A stretch of DNA of 64,000 bases from the NCBI RefSeq assembly GCF_039654945.1, contig NW_027361921.1, forward strand, positions 3,844,001 to 3,908,000, in the 5' to 3' direction. Below the pieces are notes generated by a model that was given only the letters and a program-made list of their open reading frames with translations, did not search any database and was not told the DNA's origin. Position 1 is the stretch's first letter; every line of letters starts with the position of its first letter. A program made the position numbers and the translations under genes. Source of the DNA: Dendrobates tinctorius (Eukaryota). Below, in pieces: positions 25,114 through 34,346 of this stretch.

Positions 25114-26064
25114 TAATTAAAAAAAATTTGATAGCTGGCACAAGTGAAAAAGATGGAGTTCTAGTGGACTTTTGAGACGGAGTCATTCTCCTCCAAAAGT
25201 TCTAATAAATCTCGAAAAGTCTGATGTTCGTATGAATAATATCGAGTTTATTATGAATAACTTGAAATGTTAGGTTCCTACTGCTCCCATCATGCTATGC
25301 CTTGTGCCACTAATAACAATGAGAGCAGGCGGCAGCTGATGGGAGTATTCATCAGCTGGTGCCTGTGCACTAAATAAATAATTTTAAAAAGAAAACGGCA
25401 GTGGTTCCCTTGTATTTTTGATAACCAGCCAGGCAGAGCTGACAGCTGGGGGCTGCAACCTTTAGCTGTCAGTGTTAACAATGCTGGTTATCAAGAATAG
25501 AGCGGTCCTCACGCTGTTTTTTAATTAAATAAATAATAAAAAAACAGCATGGGGTCCCTCCAATTTTTGACCATCAGCCTTGCTAAAGCAGACAGCTGGG
25601 GGCTGGTATTCTCAGGCTGTTAAGGGGCCATAGATACTGACATCCCCCCACCCTAAAAATAGCAGCCCACAGCCAGCCAGAAAAGGCACATCTATTAGAT
25701 TAACCAATTCTGGTGCTTTGCCCGGCTCTTCCTACTTGCCCTGTGGCAGAGACAATTGGGTTTCATATTTGTGGGGTTGATGTCACCTTTGTATTGTCTA
25801 GTGACATCAAGCCCATGGATTAGTAATGGCTAGGCATCTATATGATGCCTATCCATTACTAATCCTATAGTTGTATTGTAAATAAAGAGACACGGCAAGT
25901 ATAAAGTATTTTATTTGAAATAAAAACAAAACACCCTTTTCCTTATTTTATTTAAAAATAGCAAACACAATTATACTCAATTGAATCTTTTGTCTCCTGT
26001 AATAAAGCAAAATTAAAAAACAACAATATCCCTCACCTGTCCGACGTATTGTCCCACTGTTTAC

Positions 26065-26190
26065 TGTTATATTGCCTGTAAGGCACTGTTAAAAAAAAAA
26101 AAGAACCAGGAAGTTCATGTTCAGCATGTGTAACATTTCACTCTCACTTTGCAAGCTGACAGACAAGATGATAAGATCCTAAGCCATTCT
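26065..26190 (+). repeat. Partial second copy of the Copia LTR
   Basis: TGTTATATTGCC...GCACTGTTAAAA..GAACCAGGAAG...CACTTTGCAAGCTGAC.GACAAGATG matches 19073-19200; no PPT visible. Confidence 0.6.
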
Positions 26191-28868
26191 TATTTGACTA
26201 AGAACACCCTTCAGACTGTGTAAAAAGAGAATTGTCAGCACCACCTGATTTGCAATGTTAAAATTCAGTGTTGCATATGTTCGAGCATCTGTATTGTAAA
26301 GTGATATAATCAGCTATCAGGCATACTGGGGCTTGGGTTATGGGAAGTTACCATTGGCAGCTAATGAAGGAGATGTGTCATCTACTGAGACCCTGAGGTT
26401 AATTAATTTTTCAGTAGGGACAATTGTGGCATCAATATTGCGATGCTCCTTATATTTATATTGGAAAAATCATGCACCAGGATGCAATAGGAGACAGAGG
26501 AAGAACATCAATTTGTATATGTTCATCACCACCGCCTTAGGGTTTTGGGGACACTCACGGATAATGTTAAATACAGCAGAATGTGAAGAAGAGGGAGGTC
26601 AAGAGGTGAAAGAGGAGCAGTAGGTGATTGTGGAGGATGACATTGAGTCATCTTAGGCATGGGGAAGGGAGGAGGCTAATAGACAGAGTGAAATTGATGT
26701 TTCGACAAAGAGGAGGCTATGTTTAACAATCATTGCAGTGGGGTGCGGAAATTAAACCAGTCAGGCCCTCAGTCAAGCTAGCTAGCATAGCAAGTGCATC
26801 TATGCTTTTACACCCATGCATTTTTTTTTAGCTTATGAAAGAAAGTTAATTGGCACATTAGCAGGGTAAACTGTGTTCACTGCTCGGCAAAGTGTTCACT
26901 GAGAGATACCTGCCAACCACACAACTAACCAAGAGACCTCTCTCAGCTCTCCGAAGAGACAATTCTTCCCCACTAGGTGCTAGGGCCAGTAGAGTAGCTG
27001 ACTCAGCATGGCTCATCTAGAGAAACTGGTACCCTTAACACCTTCATGACCAAGCCTATTTTGACCTTAATGACCAGGCCATTTTTTGCAATTCTGACCA
27101 ATGTCCCTTTATGAGGTAATAACTCTGGAATGCTTCAACGGATCCTAGAGATTCTGAGATTGTTTTTTGTGACATATTGGGCTTCATGTTAGTGGTAAAT
27201 TTGAGTCGATAATTTTTGCGTTTGTGAAAAAATCAGAAATTTGTCGAAAATTTTGAAAATTTCGCAATTTTCCAAATTTGAATTTTTATTCTGTTAAACC
27301 AGAGAGTTATGTGACACAAAATAGTTACTAAATAACATTTCCCACATGTCTACTTTACACTAGCACAATTTTGGAAATAAATTTTTTTGTTGTTATAAGG
27401 GTTAAAAGTTGACCAGTGATTTCTCGTTTTTACAACAAAATTTACAAAACCTTTTTTTTTAGGGACCACCTCACATTTGAAGTCACTTTGAGGGGTCTAT
27501 ATGGCAGAAAATACCCAAAAGTGACACCATTCTAAAATCTGCACCCCTTAAGCTACTCAAATCTACATTCAAGAAGATTATTAACCCTTCAGGTGCTTCA
27601 CAGGAACTAAAACAACGTGGAAGGAAAAAATGGACATTTTCATTTTTCCAACAAAAATGTTCTTTTAGCATCAATTTTTTCATTTTCACATGGGCAACAG
27701 GATAAAATGGATCCTAAAATTTGTTGGGCAATTTCTCCTGAGAACACCGATACCTCGTATGTGGTCATAAACCACTGTTTGGGTGCACGGCAGGGCTCAG
27801 AAGGGAAGGATCTCCATTTGGCTTTCTGAATGGAAAATATGCTGCAATATTTAGCTGTTGCCATGTCGCGTTTGGAGAGCCTCTGTGTGCCTAAACATTG
27901 GAGATCCCCCACAAGAGACGCCATTTTGGAAACTAGACCTCCACAAGGAACTTATCTAGATGCATAGTGATCACTTTGAACCCCCAGGTGCTTCACAAAT
28001 TGATCCATAAAACAAAGTACTTTTTTTCACAAAAATTTTCTTTTAGCCTCAATTTTTTCATTTTCACATGGACAACAGGATAAAACGGATCCTAAAATTT
28101 GTTGGGCAATTTCTCCTGAGTACACCGATATCTCATATGTGGTCATAAACCACTGTTTGTGTTTGAGCGCACGGCAGGGTCCGAAAGGGAAGGAGCGCCA
28201 TTTGACTTTTTGAATGGAAAATTAGCTTCAATCGTTAGCGGACACCATGTCGTGTTTGGAGAGCCCCTGTGTGCCTAAACTTTGGGCTCCCCCACAAATG
28301 ACCCCATTTTGGAAACTAGACCCCCTAAGGAACTTATGTAGATGCATAGTGAGCACTTTGAACCCCCAGATGCTTCATAGAAGCTTATCACGCAGAGCAG
28401 TGAAAATAAAAAAATCATTTTTTTTCCTCAAAAATGATTTTTTAGCACGCTATTTTTTATTTTCACATGGCTAACAGGAGAAATTGGACCACAAAAGTTG
28501 TTGTCCAGTTTGTCCTGAGTACGCTGGTACCCCATATGTGGGGGGAACCACTGTTTGGCGCACGGCAGGGCTCAGAAGGGAAGGAGTGCCATTTGACTTT
28601 TTGAAATGAAAATTAGCTCCAATCGTTAGTGGACACCATGTCGTGTTTGGAGAGCCCCTGTGTGCCTAAACTTTGGTCTCTCCCCACAAATGACCCCATT
28701 TTGGAAACTATACCCCCTAAGGAACTTATGTAGATGCATAGTAAGCACTTTGAACACTCAGATGCTTCACAGAAGTTTATAACGCAGAGCCGTGAAAATA
28801 AAAAATATTTTTTTTCCTCAAAAAATTATTTTTTAGTCCGCAATATTTTATTTTCAAAAGGATAACAT

Positions 28869-28906
28869 CTGATGAGGGGCAATACCCCGAAACAGCTATC
28901 TGTGGA
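28869..28906 (+). ncRNA. Type-I hammerhead ribozyme copy 1 (5' strand of stem I lost at the junction; GUC changed to AUC)
   Basis: CTGATGA-GGGG-CAATA-CCCC-GAAA-CAGCTA-TC-TGTGGA. Confidence 0.8.
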
Positions 28907-28953
28907 TGGATACCTTGTTTTGGCATAGGTGGTTTCCTTAATTGGAGACTGCC

Positions 28954-29770
28954 TGTTAGGAGTCAGATTTCTGCCTCTCCTTTGCTGAAATCTAGATCCT
29001 CACATTTTGCAATCTCCTGCTCTTCATCTGCTGTAGAAGGGACTGTAGAGGAGATTGCCTTGCGGCAACTCTCTCCAGAGGCTAAGTCCTCTACCCCTGC
29101 ATCTGAGCATGTTCATGGGACGAACTCTCATTGGAGTTCGGGAGACAGGTGTTCAGATCCTGTGTCGGATCCCATTGGCTCCTCTTGGAGACCTGGTGAT
29201 TTCCGGAAGGTCCTGTTCGCTATAAAAAGCGCGCATGGCTATTCCGCCATGCTCTAGTATAGCCATACTGCTGCTGTATGTTTGTTGATGGATGCATGGA
29301 CTGGTGAATGACTCATTGGAAACCCCTCCCCTCTGATACTACGTCTGTGAGAGTGCCTGAGTTATTGCCAGTTAGCAGTGTCTTTACAGCGGCTCTGTCT
29401 TTGCCGCGCTGCAATTGCAGCTCTTCGTGCGTCTGCAGTTGCGAAGCTCTACACACGATCCTTGTTGGTAGGTCTAGATGGAGTAAGTACCGCCATCTAG
29501 TGCTACTCCTGTGACCAGATACTGCGGGTGCAGCGCTGTAGTTCTGTGTCCTAAACAGACTCAGCGTTTTTTGTGTTTTATTTCTGTGACTCTGTGAGTT
29601 CAACAGAGTCTGAGCAGTGCACACTGGGTGCCATTAACCCCTGTGCACATTATCGCCAGATTGCTCTGCCGTCACCTAGCAGCAGTTATTACATCTTCTG
29701 CACGGTGGACCCCGAGTGGCGAAGGTACTTTATTTATATTTTTATTTAGTGCCTTCTGCCACTCCTAACA
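28954..29770. mobile_element. Solo LTR (817 bp) inserted in the first ribozyme unit
   Basis: TGTTAGGAGT ... ACTCCTAACA terminal inverted repeats; 5-bp TSD CTGCC (28949-28953) / CTGCT (29771-29775); TATAAAAAG at 29221. Confidence 0.85.
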
Positions 29771-30037
29771 CTGCTCTTCCCATGGTTGTTCCTTCCCAGG
29801 GAAAGACCTGGCTAGTCATTGCTTGCGTTGAGAAACATGTGATGGTGTCTCCGCGGCTTGTGTTTTGCATATGTTTACATATTTCCCATAAGGGATGGGG
29901 TCATTGCTCTAGAATCACTGCTTTGAGAAACATGTGATGGTGTCTCCGCAGTGTTGGATGTTGATCTCCATGAGTTCATTCATCCTCATTTTTCACAGTC
30001 TTCTACTAGGCATTGCTCCTACTGGCCAGTTTCCTAC

Positions 30038-30081
30038 TCCACACTGATGAGGAGCAATACCCCGAAACAGCTGTCTGTGGA
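30038..30081 (+). ncRNA. Type-I hammerhead ribozyme copy 2 (one stem II mismatch); predicted cut after C30075
   Basis: TCCACA-CTGATGA-GGAG-CAATA-CCCC-GAAA-CAGCTG-TC-TGTGGA. Confidence 0.88.
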
Positions 30082-30215
30082 TGGATACCATGTTTTGGCA
30101 TAGGTGGTTTCCTTCATTGGAGACTGCCCTTCCCGTGGTTGTTCCTTCCCGTGGAAAGACCTGGCTAGTCATTGCTTGCGTTGAGAAACATGTGATGGTG
30201 TCTCCGCGGCTTGTG

Positions 30216-30333
30216 TTTTGCATATGCTTACATATTTCCCATAAGGGATGGGGGCATTGCTCTAGAATCACTGCGTTGAGAAACATGTGATGGTGTCTCC
30301 GCAGTGTTGGATGTTGATCTCCATGAGTTCATT
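30216..30333 (+). promoter_or_regulatory. Candidate snRNA-type promoter elements of the repeat unit (octamer-like, SPH/Staf-like, PSE-like), present in each unit
   Basis: TTTTGCAT 30216-30223 (one mismatch to ATTTGCAT); TTTCCCATAAG 30235-30245 (partial SPH); TCTCCATGAGTTC 30318-30330 (resembles amphibian TCTCC-type PSEs). Similarity judged by eye. Confidence 0.45.
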
Positions 30334-30390
30334 CATCCTCATTTTTCACAGTCTTCTACTAGGCATTGCTCCTACTGGCCAGTTTCCTAC

Positions 30391-30434
30391 TCCACACTGA
30401 TGAGGGGCAATACCCCGAAACAGCTGTCTGTGGA
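30391..30434 (+). ncRNA. Type-I hammerhead ribozyme copy 3 (intact); predicted cut after C30428
   Basis: Stem I TCCACA (30391-30396) / TGTGGA (30429-30434); core CTGATGA 30397-30403; stem II GGGG/CCCC with loop CAATA; GAAA 30417-30420; minimal stem III with palindrome CAGCTG; GUC triplet. Confidence 0.93.
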
Positions 30435-31294
30435 TGGATACCATGTTTTGGCATAGGTGGTTTCCTTCATTGGAGACTGCCCTTCCCATGGTTGTTCCTT
30501 CCCGTGGAAAGACCTGGCTAGTCATTGCTTGCGTTGAGAAACATGTGATGGTGTCTCCGCGGCTTGTGTTTTGCATATGTTTACATATTTCCCATAAGGG
30601 ATGGGGGCATTGCTCTAGAATCGCTGCGCTGAGAAACATGTGATGGTGTCTCCGCAGTGTTGGATGTTGATCTCCATGAGTTCATTCATCCTCATTTTTA
30701 ACAGGAGAGATTGGACCCCAAAAGTTGTTGTACAGTTTGTCCTGAGTATGCTGGCACCCCATATGTGTGGGGGAACCACTGTTTGGGCACACGTCGGGGC
30801 TCGGAAGGGAAGTAGTGGCATTTTGAAGTGCTGACTTTGATGGAATGGTCTGCGGGCATCATATTACATTTGCAAAGCCCCTGTACCTAAACTGTGGAAA
30901 CCCCCCACAAGTGACCCCATTTTGGAAACTTGATCCCCCAAGAAACTTATCTAGATGTGTGGTGAGCACCTTGAACCCCCAAGTGCTTCACAGAAGTTTA
31001 TAACGCAGAGCCATGAAAATAAAAAATAGTTTTTTCCTCAAAAAAAAGATTTTTAGCCCGCAATTTTTTTTCACAAGGGTAATAGGAGAAACTAGACCCC
31101 TATAGTTGTTGTGAAATTTTTCCTGAGTATGCAGATACCCCATATGTTGGGGTAAACCACTGTTTTGGCACACGTCAGGGCTTGGAAGGGAGAGAGCACC
31201 ATTTGACTTTTTGAACGCAAAATTGGCTGGAATCAATGGTGGCACCATGCCACGTTTGGAGACCCCCTAATGTGCCTAAACAGTGGAAACCCCT

Positions 31295-31632
31295 CAATTC
31301 TAACTCCAACCCTAACCCCAACACACCCCTATCCACAACCCTAACCCCAACACATCCCTAACCCTAATTCCAATCCTAACCATAACCCTAACCCATCGCA
31401 CCCCTATCCCTAATCCCAACCTTAACCCTAACCACAAGCCTAACCCTAATCCCAACCCTAACTCCAACACACCACTAACCCTAATCTTAACCCTAATTCC
31501 AACCATAACCCTAATTCCAACCATTACCCTAACCCTAATTCCATCCTAACCATAATTCCATCCTTAACCATAACCCTAATTCCAACCCTAACCCTATTTC
31601 CAACCCTAACCCTAATTCTAACCCTAGCCCTA
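31295..31632 (-). repeat. Degenerate (CCCTAA)n array in family C copy 3
   Basis: CCCTAA and variants. Confidence 0.88.
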
Positions 31633-32639
31633 AAGGAAAAATAAAAATATTTTCTTAATTTTATTATTTGTGCCTACCTATGGGGGAAATAAAGGGGGGG
31701 TTATTTACTTTTTTATTTTATTTTGATCACTGTGAGAGTTTATCACAGTGATCAAAATGAATGAATGGAATCTGCAGCCGCAGATTCCGGCGGGTGCACT
31801 GCGCATGCGCCTGCCATTTCCGTAGATGGCCGCGCCCATGATCTGGGACCGCAGGACATCGGGAGCGACAGCGGCACTCGGAAGATACCGGGGGATGGGA
31901 GGGGGGGTGATCGGAAGCTGGAGGGAGCGGAGGGAAGGCGGGGGAGCAGATAATGACAGCGGCGACAGATCGCCGCTGTCATTCAGTGGCGGGGAGCAGA
32001 TCGACCCCGTTAGCTGGTGAGGGGGTCGAATCGGTGTTTTCAGCCATGTCCGATACTATTTCAGCATCGAACATGGCTCATTGATGAAATATTACTATCG
32101 CTCTGATTGGCTGTTTCATTTTAACAGCCAATCAGAGCGATTGCAGTCACGTGGGGGAGAAGCCACCCCCCTGTGATGAAGCACAAAGCCCTCTGTATCT
32201 GCGGGTCGGATGACCTTTCATTGACCCCGGTCACCCGACCCACAGGGGGGCTTTAATGTCATGACACAGCATATGCGTCATTGGTTGGATTGGCACCGAC
32301 TTTCATGACGCATATGCTGTGTCACTGGTCGGGAAGGGGTTAATTGTATTGGAGTGCGCAGCATGCTGATACTGTTAAACTCTGCGGAAAGGCCAGGAGC
32401 ATGTCTACCTACATGACTGCTCCCTGTTCCATAAGCTGCAGGTTGCTTTAAGTCTGCATCTTGCAGAATGGCAGGTTCTTGCCGAAGTAATGTGATGGCA
32501 TCATCACCCAAGTCATTGTCCCAGTGCGATGACATCACCATGTTGGTCTGCCGTGACCTGCCAATGTCTGCCACTGGACTTACCGGTGTTAGGTGAATAT
32601 ATGATGTTTATTTTAATATTAGGTGATGGCCAATAAGTG

Positions 32640-33580
32640 TCAGACCTACTAAGTTGCCATCATACATAGAGGGGGACTAGTAAGGGGGCCCTCATTCATA
32701 GTGGAAGATACTAAAGAGGCCTTCATACATAATGTAGGCTACTAAGAGAGTCCTTATAAATAGTGGGGGCTACTAAGAGGACCCTCATACAGAATGGGGG
32801 CAACAAAGGGGAACATCATAGATAGTTGGAGCTACTAAAGGGCCATGATACAGTGTGGGACTACTAATTGGACTATAATGCAGTGTGGAGGGGCTACTAA
32901 GTGGGCCATGATACAGTATGAGGGCTACCATCATCATACAGCATCATGGCTATAAAGGGGGACAAGATACTGTGTGGGGGCTACCAAGGGGGCCATCATA
33001 CAGAGTGAGGTTAACTAAGGGGACCTTCACACAGAGTGAGGACTACTGTGAGAGCTCTCATATAGAGTGGGGGCTACTTAGGGGCCATGGTACAGTTTGG
33101 TGACCACTGTGGGGGCCATCACTCAGTGAAGGGGCCATGATACAGTATGGGGACTAATGTGGAAACATTGTACAGTTTGGAGCCATGAGGCAGTGTAAAG
33201 ACTACTGTGGGGGTCATCATACACTCTGAGGGCTAATGTTGGGTCATCATACATTATGAGGGCCATAAAATAGTGTGGGGGCTGCTAAGAGGCTAATGTG
33301 GAGTGTGGGGCTACTGAGAGGCCATTACACAGTGTGGAAGCAATTATACAGAGTGAAGGTTATGAAGGGGCTCATGTACAGTGTGGGGGCTTCTGTGGGG
33401 CCATCATGCAGTGTGTAAGCTATTGGATGTCTCATTTATACAATGTGGGAACTACTGATGGGGCATTGTGCTGTTTGGGGGGCATTGTACTGTACATAGT
33501 AGAGCTGTGGAGTCATCATGCTGTTGTAGAGGGCAGATGTGGAGACATCATTCTGTGTATAAAGGAGCTGAGGGGACATC
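32640..33580. repeat. Diverged ~30-33-bp G-rich minisatellite
   Basis: Approximate consensus GTGGGGGCTACTAAGGGGGCCATCATACAGT, repeated with heavy decay. Confidence 0.75.
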
Positions 33581-33670
33581 ATACCAAGGTCAGACTGGGA
33601 CCAAAATGCAGCCCTGGCACAAAAACAAATTCACCAGCCCACATACGAGTGTTCTAGAATCAAATTGTAA

Positions 33671-34212
33671 GGGCCCTGTCACACATAGCGACTCACCAGC
33701 GATGCCGACAATGATATCAACTTGTCAGGATCGCAGGTGAGTCACTACATAATTGCTGGTGAGCTGTCAAACAGACAGCTTCACCAGCGATCAGCACCAG
33801 TGACGCCGAGCACCCGGCGTCGCTGTGTACATTAGTTACCAGCGAGCTGATGCAGGGGGCTGGTAACTAAGGTACACATCAGGTTTCTAAGCAGCGCGCG
33901 TCACTTAGAAACCCGATGTGTAACTTGGTTACCAGCTCCCTGCATCAGCGCGCTGGTAACTAAGGTACACATCTGATTTCTAAGCACCCGCACAGTGCTT
34001 AGAAACCCTGCGTCTACCCTAGTAACCAGCGCAATGATCGCTGGTCTCCCGCCTGTCACACGCAGCGATGCGTGCTGGCCAGCGGGAGACCAACGATCAA
34101 AAAAATGTCCTGGCTATTCCAGGACGATCAGCGATAACTGGCAGGGGGGCCGGTCGCTGGTCAGTGTCACACACCGCGATCTCGCTGGTGAGATCACTGT
34201 TGCATCACAAAA
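33671..34212. mobile_element. Harbinger-type MITE, right end truncated
   Basis: TAA|GGGCCCTGTCACAC left end; internal inverted repeats (GTTACCAGC / GCTGGTAAC); no matching right TIR. Confidence 0.55.
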
Positions 34213-34346
34213 ATTGTTTTTAAATGTTTTCATATCAATTTTGTCTGAGGTGTAATAAAGGTTTTTCTATATTTTACTATAATGTGGATGTGCATACCAT
34301 TATTAGTCTGGTCTCTTCTCTCTTCTGATGTTCTACAGTGTATATA

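Larger units (their letters stand above)
20440..25277 (-). mobile_element. Penelope-like retroelement 2 (5'-truncated)
   Basis: 12-bp TSD CTACTGCTCCCA (20428-20439 / 25278-25289); RT and GIY-YIG remnants; CTGATGAAGC core remnant at ~21016-21025 (minus). Confidence 0.85.
20252..26060. mobile_element. Fragment of a non-autonomous repeat, probably hAT-related, split by Penelope element 2
   Basis: CCCATTCACTTGAATGGG motif resembles the subterminal motif of the hAT elements here; sequence rejoins across the CTACTGCTCCCA duplication. Confidence 0.4.
28868..30698 (+). mobile_element. Hammerhead-ribozyme tandem repeat (non-LTR retrozyme / satellite-2-like), 353-bp unit, ~2.9 copies
   Basis: Exact 353-bp period (cleavage-site C at 30075 and 30428; 28900 also fits after removing the 817+5-bp LTR insertion); one hammerhead per unit; flanked by TAACA (28863-28867 / 30699-30703). 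Confidence 0.9.
27039..32339 (-). mobile_element. piggyBac-type non-autonomous element, family C, copy 3 (host of the ribozyme array)
   Basis: TTAA (27035-27038) CACCTTCATGACC ... GGTCGGGAAGGGG TTAA (32340-32343). Confidence 0.88.

Noticed and set aside
26300-27030. Possible highly decayed DNA-transposase fragment
   Set aside because: No motif recoverable with confidence by eye.
30186-30426. E-boxes (CATGTG, CAGCTG) as a myogenic enhancer for mstn
   Set aside because: Six-mers are common by chance, and CAGCTG is explained by the ribozyme stem III.
29716-30821. Repeated 69-97-aa ORFs in the 353-bp array
   Set aside because: They recur only because the DNA is repeated, have no recognisable domain, and the 353-bp unit is not a multiple of three.
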